Shown: positions 43,482 through 55,448 of the stretch, one piece after another
Layout of the letters: each line of letters opens with the position of its first letter
Numbering within the stretch: position 1 is the stretch's first letter
DNA from: Eledone cirrhosa
Lineage: Eukaryota
Length of the DNA: 64,000 bases
Direction of reading: 5' to 3'
NCBI GenBank assembly: GCA_964016885.1
Contig: OZ024746.1
Coordinates: 36,580,001 to 36,644,000, forward strand
Notes under the pieces: model-generated
Databases searched by the model: none
What the model was told of the DNA's origin: nothing
Seen by the model: the letters and a program-made list of their open reading frames with translations, nothing else
Program-made: the position numbers and the translations under genes

Positions 43482-44340
43482 ATACTTTGGGAAGGCCATG
43501 TTGCCAATAAGAAAAACACGTAACAGATGCGTTCACTACAATTTATTATAAATTAAATTTATAAATTTCCGGTTGGTTGGTTGGTTCCACAACCAGACGA
43601 TTGTTCATATATTGTCAAAGTTCTTTCGTCACACATTATGTGACCTCTTCAGTGACTGGGGATTATTTTCTTTGTTTTTCTGCCTCTTCTTTGTTCTCTC
43701 CTACGCCATCTTGTTTGTGTGTGTGTTGTGTGCTTAGTTTGCTCATGTGTTAAATCCGGGTGTCTGTGTGTGTTTATATTTGTTTATTTATTTGTTTATT
43801 TACATATTACTGGGTGGTTGTTTGTTCTGTATGTGTGTTTACATGCTGTCCTTAATTGTAAATTGTGATGTTGCTATTCCATTCAGGTTTTCTATTTAAT
43901 TTTGGTTGGAGTTCATTTATATGTATTGCCTCTGTGATTTGTCTAAACATTGCGTCTCTTGTGTGTGTAGATTCTATTTTTATTTCTATGTTCTCTAATT
44001 TACCCTTATGTTCTATTTTAGCATGTTGGTAGAGTACAGATGATTCTTTACTATCTCGAAGTTCTCGCCAGTGTTCATTTATCCGTTCTCCTATACTACG
44101 AGCTGTCTCACCTATGTACACTATATTGTTATCTCTACATTGTCCTTCAGTACATCTTATGCTATATACTACATTTCAAGTTTTACAGTTAATATGGTGG
44201 CTTAATTTACAGATTATACATTTCTTATCTATACAGGGAGGTCTTTGAAAAGTGTATGTGTTGCTAATAAGTGTTTTTATGGAGGTACCTGGTCTTGCTA
44301 CTATCTTAATATTGAGTTTATATTTATCTAGGGCCCTTCT
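43477..44340 (-). mobile_element. 5'-truncated PLE (GIY-YIG + 3' UTR), same family as 19760-23845
   Basis: ORF 43852..44121 reads YIGETARSIGERINEHW; ORF 44176..44358 reads PPCIDKKC. The 3' end fuses to (TA)n at AACAATA. Confidence 0.92.
43614..43656 (-). ncRNA. type I hammerhead ribozyme in PLE 3' UTR
   Basis: GTCA-CTGAAGA-g-GTCACA-taatg-TGTGAC-GAAAG-aa-CTT-TGAC. Homologous copies at 19875-19917, 23610-23652 and 29045-29087. Confidence 0.75.
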
Positions 44341-44508
44341 GGTTGTGGAACCAACCAACCAACCGGAAATTTATAAGTTCCTAAATTTATAAATTTAATT
44401 TATAATAAATTGAAGTGAAATCACCTGGTGCGTGTGTTTCATATTGGCAACATGACTCTCCCAAAGTATAACAATATTGGTTTCAACACGCGTTTCCAGA
44501 TAAAGAAT
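44341..44508 (+). mobile_element. inverted short 3' tail of the same PLE
   Basis: Matches 23672-23838; joined head-to-head to the 43477-44340 copy through TCT microhomology; ends at (CT)n(TA)n. Confidence 0.88.
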
Positions 44509-45385
44509 CTCTCTCTCTCTCTATATATATATATAATTGTTTTTGTAACCCACGCACACAGGTAAAAGTGTAGAGAAAATAAGTTTAAAAGGTAATTGAT
44601 GTATTTAATGAGATTTATCTATCGTACATTTACAGGTTTTACGTTTGGATGACTTTCATGAGATGGAGATGTATATGGTTAATTGAAATATCTAATATTA
44701 ATTGAAATATATTTAGAGAGTATTTGTTACACTTAATAATAGTTTATTTGTATTAGATATATGAATTCAACCCAATGAGATAAAAACATCATGTGTCTGT
44801 GACATACCAAAATCTGATTTTCAGTTTTTTCTGTACCCGTGCAGCATTTATTTATGATATATTTCCGATATATAATTATCGTAAAATGATAAATATGGAT
44901 TAAAACACATAGAGGCAGAATGATTTCTGGCTAAGTAAACCTCTAATTATTTCTGCTGGTACTACTTACAACAAATTTCTACATGTATTGCTGGGAACTT
45001 CTCAGAATATGATTTGCAGGTTATATCTCTTCTACTGGGGATATTTTCTTCAATAGATTCTCGGGTACATTTATCTCAACTTTTAGAAATATTCCCGGTA
45101 TATTTTAAATGCTTTGCCAATTATTTCGTTGTGTGTGTTTATTCTTTTACCACACTAGTGTGGCAGAAGTTCTTCTCATACGTATCTCGCTCAGCATAGT
45201 CCAAATGTTTTGTATCAAGTCGTATATAGGTTTTTCTTCAAACACTTATAACCACCAATTATTATATACATTTGTCTGCATCTTGTTTAATATATTTCCA
45301 TACACACAGCCGCTCTCTCTCTCTCTCACACACACACACACGCACGGATACACCCCCCACCCACATACACGCACACACACATACG

Positions 45386-45432
<47 letters not shown>

Positions 45433-45446
45433 ATAATAATAAATTT

Positions 45447-46081
45447 GAAGACTAAAATCCGTGAATATTTCAAAAAATGTTGCAACCGGATGAAGACAGG
45501 AAGACGCTACTTTGGTTCGTGGAAAGATTCCCTGGCAGAGGACGGGAAAAAACGAATATAATACGACATAGTTTGGAGCAGTGAAAAACAATTACACGCA
45601 AAGACAAGACCACGTTTATGGTATAAAGTACCTTTGTATTTTATTTACTTTATTCTTAACTCTGAAGCCGAGAATCATTCGGTTTCCTAGTTAGAATTTC
45701 AGTCTACGTCTTCAGTTAAACCATTTATGTGGTTTTGTCTTTGCGTGCAATTGTTCTACCCGCTCCACATATGGCATATTATCTTCGTTTTTTCCGTTCA
45801 TTGCCAGAGAACGTCTCTATGAACCACCTAATAGAATATTAGTCTACAACTTCTTTTTTTTCACTGCACCAAATAATGACGTATTATATTCGTTTTTCCC
45901 GTTCTTTGACAGGGAACGTTTCCACGAAACTAAGTATCGTCTACCTATCTTCCTCCGGTTGCAACGTTTTTTGAAATATTCACTTCTAAGTTCACATATT
46001 GACTTTGTTAGTTTCAGAAGATTCCGTTAAGGGTGAAAGCAGCGATTCGTTGCTAAAACTTTAATCTGTTATTTGAATAAA
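45447..46081. mobile_element. fold-back element between (TA)n tracts with decayed hammerhead
   Basis: 45455-45610 is inverted relative to both 45730-45825 and 45860-45985. At 46011-46059: GTTT-CAGAAGA...GAAA-GCAGCGA-t-TCGTTGC-TA-AAAC, then AATAAA. Confidence 0.7.
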
Positions 46082-46105
46082 TATATATATATATATATAT
46101 ATTTA

Positions 46106-46919
46106 TATCGGAGTGGATTAAAGTACTGCATGTTAGGTAACCTTGAGCTTTTTTACATATTAAAATCCAAAAACAAACTACTTAACGATAGAATTGAACG
46201 ATCATTATACTGCAACCACAAACTAAAAGATAAATTATCTCTCTATAAAATAACTTAACATTCGAACCCGTAACTATAACACCGCTTTCTAGCTAACAAC
46301 CTTCTCTTCCCCCCACACTACAAGACAATACACTGCTTATCACTATACATAGTAACTCAGTGCAATTCCTAGATTACTACTACAAACCCAGAGTTCACTC
46401 ACCACACAAACTTCGTCTGTCCCCTCTCTATCTATCTCTCTCTACATCCATTACACACTCTCTCTCTCGCCTTTGGTCTACCTCCCTCTCAACATCTATG
46501 AACCTGCCCTCTGGGGCAATATATAATTCCGACCTTAACTATCAACGCATCTTTCCAAAAGTAACCAGTATAATAAAACCCCTACCATAACATTTTGATT
46601 AAGACATCTACAAGCCACCTTCTCCTACTTCTCCAACACCTGCATATCTTTCTTTCTCTCTCCCTCTTCCCTACTTTTCTCTCTTCCTTTTCTACTCTAT
46701 CTTCCCCAACAACCCCACTTAAGGGTATTTACATTGTACATTTTACCATTCTGCTCTGAGGAAACAGTGGTCACAGCATTGGATATTTGAGTTCTGCAAG
46801 TACTTGTGAATTTGCACGTAGCATAACTAGGCTGCAGTACCACCGTGGAAACACTTGTAAGCACACGGAATAAATTACCTATATATGATGTCTACCTGTT
46901 ATTATTCATTCTTTATATA
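46106..46919 (+). repeat. 5' pseudo-LTR
   Basis: Near-identical to 49286-50100; the duplicated ORFs 46360..46590 and 49541..49771 reflect this. Confidence 0.93.
46752..46863 (+). ncRNA. type I hammerhead ribozyme with extended stem II (5' pLTR)
   Basis: TGCT-CTGAGGA-aACAGTGGT...ACCACCGTg-GAAAC-actt-GTA-AGCA, followed by AATAAA at 46869. Confidence 0.75.
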
Positions 46920-47108
46920 CACTCCGGAATACTGAAGGATCAGGAACTAAGTTTCTTCAACAATTCTTTCATAACTCGTAGAGTAACCTCTTACCGTACG
47001 TCAACCATATCCAGTGTAGTAATTAACCATTACTACATATTGGATAATCCTATACCTAATAATCGCCTCCTACACAGTTGAGCAACCACACCGAAACACG
47101 GCATTAAT

Positions 47109-49440
47109 ATGGAAAGGCATCATATAGGTATGTCACTTAAAAACATACCTATACCTAACAAAAGGGAATATATTCTTAGTATGATTCAACGCAATAACGA
47201 CTTCACTCGGCGTGTACGATGAAAAGCTTTCCATTTCGATAAAGGACGCGCCAATCACTCGTCTGAATCATATGGTTTTAAATCATGTAAAAACCCACCT
47301 ACAAACCCTCATCTCGATGCTTTCGAACAAGATTTAATGAAAACGACCATGAACATTAAGTTCAACAAACATAGAAATAATGAGCTGCAGAACAACATGA
47401 AAGCACTACTCCGAAGATTGCAAAATACCAATGGAATTGTTGTGAAAGCTGACAAGACTTCTAACGTGTATACCATGGATATCGATACGTACAATAACTT
47501 CATACGCAACGAACTACACAAAAAATATAGAAAAAACAAATGAAACTACGCTAGCAAATATTAACAACGAGGCATATAAAGTGGTGAAGAATCTCAAAAT
47601 CGACGATAGAACCGAGCCGATTATACCCGCTACCCCCACCTTCAACCTGAAGGACCATAAGGTAAAATTTGACTCTAACCCTAAGATCAGACTTATATGC
47701 CCTTCTAAATCAGGCATAGGGAAAATTACCAAACATATACTTGACAGAGTAATAACTCAAGTGAAAGAGAAAATTGAAATTAGATTATGGGGCAACACCA
47801 GCGAAGCAATTCGCTGGTTTAATAATGTTAAGAATAAGAATAAATCTAAGTTTATACAATTTGACATAGACGAATACTACTCTTCCATCTCACCAAGCAC
47901 TTTACGTAAGGCCCTATCGTTTGCTACGGCCAATTCCGACCTAACGGAGGACGAAATTAATATTATTCTCGAGGCTAGAAAAACCATTATTAAGTTCGAT
48001 AACTGCTACTGGGAACATAAGGACAGACCCACAAATTTCGATATTACCATGGGTTCCTACGACTCGGCGGAGGTCACAGATCTCGTGGGAATTTACATAG
48101 CCCACATATTACATGGTAAATTTAGTAATCTACAGGGGGGGGGATATACAGAGATGACGAGCTCTTATTAGTTAATAACTTGAATAACCAAAATCTTGAA
48201 AGTCTACGGAAAAATATTAGAAAATCTTTTAGTGAACTGGGTCTAAAAATAGCATACGAATACAATCTTAAAGTAGTAAACTTTCTGGACGTAACTCTTA
48301 ATTTAAATACCGGACAGATACGACCCTTCCACAAGGTAAATGAGAACCTTACGTATATTAACTTTAACTCTAACCACCCACTCTCCATGATCAAATCAGT
48401 TCCCCGGAGTATTTCTCTTAGAATCTCTCGCCTATCGTCTAACTCTGATATTTTTAGTGAACACGCTGAATACTACAATAATGCATTAAGGAATGCTGAC
48501 CACCGGGATACAATAGAATACATTGATAGGAATTTCCATAACACACATAGCTCTACACGAAATCAAGGAATGCGTAACCGGGGGACTAAAATACAAGCAC
48601 ACACACACAATACTACCAGACATACTAATAATAGAAGATCACCACCAAATAAATCACGTTGTAGAAAGTATATCTGGTACAATCTTATTTTTAATGCCTC
48701 GATTAGTACAAAACTATCACTTTCATTCTTTAAGTTAATCAACAAACACTTCCCTAGTTCCCATAAATACAGCAACATTCTAAACTCTAAAACTATTAGA
48801 CTATCATACTCCACGGCACCAAACCTTGAATCATACATAAAAAACTTAACTTAAGGCAATTAAACAACTCTACAAAACAAAACATTTTAGTAACAGATGG
48901 GCAGAACGCAATATCTGCCTCCCAACCACTAAATGGGAGACGGGTATTACACAACCCACCTGTACCGCTATCACAACCTATCCATGGTATACCCGCTACC
49001 CACAACAAAGAATGTAACTGCCATCTACCTGAAAGATGTCCATTTAAGAATGAATGCCTAAAGTCCAACATTGTTTACCAATGCACGGTTGAATCGAACG
49101 ACCAGAAATGGTATTATATCGGATCTACCACCACATCGTTTAAATCTCGCTGGTACCGTCATCGATTCTCAATCAAACATCCGAATCACCGTTTTGTTAC
49201 CACGCTCGCCAACAAGACATGGCAACTCCATGAACACAACCAAAAGTTCACCTTAAAATGGGATATACTTTCCAGCGCAAGTGCTTATCGGAGTGGATTG
49301 AAGTACTGCAGGTTATGTAACCTTGAGCTCTTTTACATATTAAAATCCAAAAAACAAACTACTTAACGATAGAATTGAACGACCATTATACTGCAACCAC
49401 AAACTGAAAGCTAAATTATCTCACTATAAAATAACTTAAC
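47109..49440 (+). pseudogene. PLE polyprotein (RT + GIY-YIG), frameshifted with stops
   Basis: Motifs MSLKNIPIP, RVR*KAF, VKADKT, RLICPSKSGIGKI, FIQFDIDEYYSSI, FDITMGSYDSAEVTDLVG, YRDD (frameshift at the G run near 48135), NFLDVTL, CPFKNECLKSNIVYQC, WYYIGSTTTSFKSR, YCRLCNLE. Confidence 0.9.
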
Positions 49441-50100
49441 ATTCGAACCCGTAACTATAACACGGCTTTCTAGCTAACAACCTTCTCTTCCCCCCACACT
49501 ACAAGACAATACACTGCTTATCACTATACATGGTGTCTCAGTGCAATTCCTAGATTACTACTACAAACCCAATGTTCACTCACCACACAAACTTCGTCTG
49601 TCCCCTCTCTACCTATCTCTCTCTACATCCATTACACAATCTCTCTCTCGCCTTTGGTCTACCTCCCTCTCAACATCTATGAACCTGCCCTCTGGGGCAA
49701 TATATAATTCCGACCTTAACTATCAACGCATCTCTCCAAAAGTAACCAGTATAATAAAACCCCTACCATAACATTTTGATTAAGATATCTACAAGCCACT
49801 TTCTCCTACTTCTCCAACCCCTGCACATCTTTCTTTCTCTCTCCCTCTTCCCTACTTTTCTCTCTTTTTTTTTTACTCTATCTTCCCCAACAACCCCACT
49901 TAAGGGTATTTACATTGTACATTTTACCATTCTGCTCTGAGGAAACAGTGGTCACAGCATTGGATATTTGAGTTCTGCAAGTACTTGTGAATTTGCACGT
50001 AGCATAACTAGGCTGCAGTACCACCGTGGAAACATTTGTAAGCACACGGAATAAATTACCTATATATGATGTCTACCTGTTATTATTCATTCTTTATATA
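49286..50100 (+). repeat. 3' pseudo-LTR
   Basis: Direct repeat of 46106-46919; ends CTTTATATA into (TA)n. Confidence 0.93.
49933..50044 (+). ncRNA. type I hammerhead ribozyme with extended stem II (3' pLTR)
   Basis: Same as 46752-46863 except the stem III loop is attt. Confidence 0.75.
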
Positions 50101-50165
<65 letters not shown>

Positions 50166-50919
50166 TGGTATATATATAAATGTTATACTTGCGCAGGGAC
50201 ATATTGTTTTAATATTGCCAGAAATAAAAACAGAAGACACTCACTGTTTGGTTTGAGTCTGTTTTCGCTTCTGTATCTTTTATATCTCCATAGTTAATTT
50301 ATCTCAAAATCAATGGCATCTATATATATATGTGGATGTCATTGGTTATTTATATATATATATGTATATACACGAATCGTTTTATATTAGTTTAACTCAA
50401 AATTTATATGCTCAGAAATCCATATCAATGATTTAGGTGCTATTCTTTCAAAAATAGGGTAGATGGATGAAAACAGGAAATGGAGATAGGCATGGGAGCA
50501 AGGTGCTTTGTAAGGCCGCCTTATTAGAAAACGAAAAATATGTATGTATTTATGTGAATGCAAGAATGTATAGTTCTTTGTAAGAAGGTGAGACAATGCT
50601 ATAGATTTATTTCTGAATGTCCTATTATTGCACAGCTATATTATATATATATATATTTGATATATCTCATATGAAATGATACAGCCAATTTTCCACACAA
50701 TACAATTAGTTAGCACACCGAACGTATAATTAGGAATATACTCTGGTATTTCCTAATGTTTATTGAGGGAGTTGTAATTTGGCCGGAGTATCGCTATTAG
50801 CTTTCTCCGATTATGTCTTTATATATATATATTTTGAGTATATGTTGGTTGTGTACCACACCTAAGTATGCAGATTGGAGCACTCGACGCAGTAATGTAA
50901 AATAACGACGCAGTAATGT

Positions 50920-51469
50920 AAAATAAAATAAAATAAAATAAATTATTCAAATGTTTAAAATTTGGCTTCGATTATTACTGCTATATATATTTCGGTGACA
51001 GCCATCGTTGGATGTGACATCTTCAGGAAGTCCGAATTAGTGTGGTAGAGACGAGTACACATGTTGTTGAGGTGTATAACTCCGTAAATACTCTGATATG
51101 CCCAGTTCCTGATTGGGTTGTTGTTTCATTGAGGAACTGGAATCATATGAATTTAAACAAACGAATTTAAGTGTCAGAGGACATCTTCTCATCTCATTGA
51201 AATTCGTTTGTTTAAATTCACATGATTCCAGTTCCTCAATGAAACAACAATCCAATCACGAACTGGGCATATCAGAGTATTTACAGAGTTATACACCTCA
51301 AAAACATGTGTACTCGTCTCTACCACACTAATTCGGACTTCCTGAAGATGTCACATCCAAAGATGGCTGTCACCGAAATATATATAGCAGTAATATATAT
51401 AGCACCGAAATATATATAGCAGTAATAAACGAAGCCAAATTTTTAACATTTGACTTATTTATTTTATTT

Positions 51470-51475
<6 letters not shown>
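50920..51475. mobile_element. ~555-bp fold-back element with a hammerhead in each arm
   Basis: Arms of ~250 bp (mirror ORFs 51037..51255 and 51113..51331). ACTTC-CTGAAGA...GAAA-TATATATA-GCAGT at 51337-51391 and its mirror at ~50977-51031. The right end is in (TA)n. Confidence 0.8.
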
Positions 51476-51525
<50 letters not shown>

Positions 51526-51527
<2 letters not shown>

Positions 51528-51716
51528 CGAAGGAATTGTGGTAAGGAATCAGATGGACCATAATGCACCACAGTACTCGATACTAGTTGAGTGGGAAATA
51601 GGAAAAAGTATGACCCCGACAGCAGAGCTCAAGCCGTTTCGACGGCTATTTCTGGACTCTATTCCAGAAATAGCCGTCGAAACGGCTTGAGCTCTACCGT
51701 AGGGCTCATACTGTTT

Positions 51717-51721
<5 letters not shown>
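51526..51721. mobile_element. short fold-back element between (TA)n tracts
   Basis: Arms 51598-51656 and 51663-51721 (AGAGCTCAAGCCGTTTCGACGGCTATTTCTGGA and its reverse complement); same family as 13158-13315. Confidence 0.8.
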
Positions 51722-51757
<36 letters not shown>

Positions 51758-52002
51758 TTATATAATCAGTGTGTGTGTGTGTGTGAGTGTGTGAGTGCGT
51801 GTCTGCGTGTGTGCTTGAGTGTGTGTGTTGGGGGATAGGGAAAGTGTTAGATTATATATATAGAAAGAACAATGTCTTTTGCAGATATCCCTGAAATAAA
51901 GAATAAATAATTAGAACAACGTTAATGAAATTGGTTTGTTCGCAGATGCTCGCTTCATTATAGCAGCAAGTCTATGATTACTGTTATCCATAAAAATCTA
52001 AT

Positions 52003-52152
52003 AATTGTTTCTACGTTAGCAGCAAGGCCAGCAATTACCCAGTGCATTACTGGTACTTTATTTTGCGACCCCGTAAGAATGAAAGGCAAAGTTAAACTTG
52101 GTGGGATTTGAACTCAGAATGGCAAGGGCCGTAACTCTATACCTCAAAGCAA
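52003..52152 (-). mobile_element. tRNA-derived SINE (Meta-domain-like)
   Basis: GACCCCGTAAGAATGAAAGGCAAAGTT..GGGATTTGAACTCAGAA. Confidence 0.82.
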
Positions 52153-52429
52153 TGCGATGGTACAATAATCAAAACGTTAAATCTAAAGCAAAATCCGCGT
52201 GTCAGGTATTGCAGATTTTAGATGGAAGATAGAAATTTCATTATCCTATTTTGACGCCATAAATAACTGCACATGCATCATGGGAATACGCAAACGTTCA
52301 CCGGTGTCAGTACGTGTTACGTACTGGATAATATTGTGAGGGGGGATTTGGCCTTCGAAGATGAGGATGAAAGCAATGTTGCTGTGGAAGATGCAAGTTC
52401 ATGTGCTAAAATGACAACCCGAATACCGA

Positions 52430-53605
52430 TCTTCCATTGATGAAGTCACTACCACTAATATGAGACTTCAATTGCCATGTTGACACCGACCAACTGATAT
52501 GGAAAGGAATGATTGGGAGGAACGGTGATTCTAATCTAAATACGAATGGAGAGCTCTTATTAGACATGTGTGCTATCAATGATTTCTCTTTTATACGTCC
52601 AGCACTATGACATTCATAACTACAACTAGTATAAGGGGAATCGAATACAGATAGCAATACGTAATTTTATTATTATCTCTGATCTCTTTGCTGGTTGTTA
52701 ATTTTGATAGAGGTGGGAAGCTTCAAAAGCTTGGTAATCTTGATATATGCAACCTGAGACGTCTTAAGATCACGTGAGCACACGGGACATCCAAATCCAG
52801 CTTGAAGTACAGTTTAAAATGCGAAAAGATGGCGAATAAGGAAGTATGGATGAAACTTATGGATAGTACTGCATCCAAATTCAGAAAAAGCCCTGGCCAA
52901 TCTAAAGTCATTCACATGGAGTTTAGACTGTTCAGCTCGGCATCTTCTGCTTCATCTCTTAAATGCTGCAGATAAAATGCCTTGGCGTAGCGTCGGCATG
53001 CTGAAGACCAATTGGTCAAATATGCCACCCAAGCGAAGAATGAAGCTTACGAAGTTCGGCTTGAAATTAAGTCGTCCTTCATCTACCTGCTGTTCAGTCA
53101 GGTGCGATAAGCCACTGCAAAGAGAGTAAAGGGGTCGATATAAAAGACAGAGGAGGAATTTGCGGTTCAACAGGAATGTTATCTAGATCAGAAAATAAAG
53201 TGTTCTGGCAGACTATCCAGATTTTTGTATTAAGAAGTCTTCCTCCATGCCTACTATCAGGGGAGCGTCGGCGGAATCCTTTCCTCAGAAAGGTAGTTTA
53301 TTGGGAGGTGGAGAGAATACATTACTGATCACCTAACCGCGGTCACAATAGCACCTCCTGATGTACAAGAGGTGCACCAGGAAGTGATGACTACCTCCTG
53401 GAAGCTGACGCCACATGAGCAATAAAATGCTTAAATGTGATAAGGATGCCGTGGATGAGGAAATTCTGGCCGATTTATTAAAGATCTTAATTTGAGAAGG
53501 TAATCTTGGCTGACTCTTTTGTGTCGGGTGGACTGCGTCTCTTGAAAAACATTCAACCAATGGCAATATTGAGTGTGAATCTTAATTTTCAGAAAAGGAG
53601 ACACA
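52430..53605 (+). mobile_element. degraded RTE-like LINE (APE endonuclease to RT start)
   Basis: DFNCHVDTDQLIWKGMIGRNGDSNLNTNGELLLDMC (~52465-52575), GRWREY (~53303), KDAVDEEILADLLK (~53441) and IFRKGD (~53586), in the expected order. Confidence 0.75.
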
Positions 53606-55312
53606 TGATATCAACCGTGTTCGAAGATCTGCTAGAAATACTGTTTTACCTTAAAGAGAAATATTAAATATACAATAATAATATTCACAACATTTAGATG
53701 GTCACGTTCGGTTTGACTTGATCACATGCCTAGCTATTCTTGTATAACCAACACCAACAAGACTAATCCACCTATGCATATATATGAAACTCAGTGGTAT
53801 ATGTACACACAATCTCATATAATTATACGGATGTATACACAATTATACACTTATACTTTTGTTATGTTATATTTGCATGTCTTCATTGATTGCTCACATC
53901 CCGCTGAGGACTATGAATTTGGATTTGTTCCTGGTTTAATTAATTACAGATTTAGCAAGTACATATATTATAGCACAATCCTTAGGTAGACAAAATATAT
54001 TTCTTCTGTAAAAATAACAGAGAAAGTGAGGAAGAAATAGTAAAATATATTGATACGCACCATTTAAACAATAATGTCATGAGTTCTTCTGTGTCAAAGA
54101 ATCTTGTTATTACAAATCCAAATCAACAAGGGTATAAGCAGCTTGAAAATAGAAGACTTATAATGCAAAGTTGATAAACAATAGAAATTGGGAAAAAGAT
54201 AAAACAATGAAGAAGAATTATGAGAAAAATACGCAGAAATTACGTACAAAAAAATTATTAAAAACAAAAAGAAATTGCCAAAATAGAAACCAGGTTTTCT
54301 CTGATAAAATCTTGGACAAAACAAAATCAACAAGGAATATATTACAGCGAAGTCGGTAAAATAGGTGCAATGTAGATTCTTCAATGGAACATCAAAAAGA
54401 TATGTATATTGAAGAAAGTAATCATACATATATATATATAATAATTCCTTATTTTGCGCTTCTATAGAATACATCCCACCGAGAAAAGATAATCGGAATT
54501 TAAACGCGCCTTGATTAAATAATAACACAATTGCTGCTAAAAGTAGCAAAAGTAAAATAAAATCTAAACATAGAAGTCAATTCCGAATTAATGCAATATA
54601 AGGAAGTTATGGTTTCTAAGATCGTTCTAGCGAACAACTTAATGCTATTGACAATAAATGCTGAAGCGAATGGCAAACTTGAAAACATAATCTAATGGCT
54701 TTCTGGTTAAACGTTAAGAATATAGAAATATGTTGATGCAGTATATAACAACACAAAAACTACAGGCATATACAAACACGGCATAGATATAGATGTAGAT
54801 AATAGAAGGCATTTTATATAAAAGGATGTAAGAGATAAAAGACATAAATATATACTTAAGCATACATAAAAAAATTAATACAGAGATAATTTAACTAATG
54901 GGTAATTCCCGAGATACTAATATAATACAGATGTTGCAAGATAAATATATACGAAAATTAAGTACACAAATAGGCATAAACATACATTCATAGATACATA
55001 CATACATGCACACATATGCACACACACATACCAACACATACATACATGCATACATACATGCATACATACATGTATACGTGTGCATCTATGTATATTCATT
55101 AATATAGACATACATTCAAACAGAGTTGCAAAGAAATACATATTTATATTCGAGCGCTTATATATATATAATTAAAACATCAATATCATAGCTATAGATA
55201 TCTAGCATACCATCGTAGCATATATGATTATCCTTTGTTTACAATATAGAAATAAATAATAATGCATACGTTTATAAACTTCCACTTCAGGCCTAGGTGG
55301 AATGATACGTAT

Positions 55313-55448
55313 AATTGTTTCTACTTTAGGCACAGGGCCAGCAATTACCCAGTGCATTACTGATACTTTATTTCATCGACCTCGTAGGATGAAAGGCAAA
55401 GTCGACTTCGGCGGGATTTGAACTCAGATCGTAAAGGGAGGTAACTAT
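55313..55448 (-). mobile_element. tRNA-derived SINE (Meta-domain-like), 5'-truncated
   Basis: GGATGAAAGGCAAAGTCGACTTCGGCGGGATTTGAACTCAGA. Confidence 0.85.

Larger units (their letters stand above)
46106..50100 (+). mobile_element. near-complete Penelope-like element (Neptune-like) with tandem pseudo-LTRs in (TA)n
   Basis: ~814-bp direct repeats at 46106-46919 and 49286-50100 include the ORF C-terminus; a disrupted RT + GIY-YIG ORF lies between them; (TA)n on both sides. Confidence 0.93.

Noticed and set aside
47220-47222. In-frame TGA in the PLE ORF as possible selenocysteine (known in Naiad PLEs)
   Set aside because: It falls at the conserved Trp of the RxRWKA motif (TGG to TGA), the ORF has other lesions, and the endonuclease is C-terminal, unlike Naiads.
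46106-50100. LTR retrotransposon
   Set aside because: No TG..CA ends, primer-binding site, gag or integrase; the repeats overlap the GIY-YIG C-terminus, as in PLE pseudo-LTRs.
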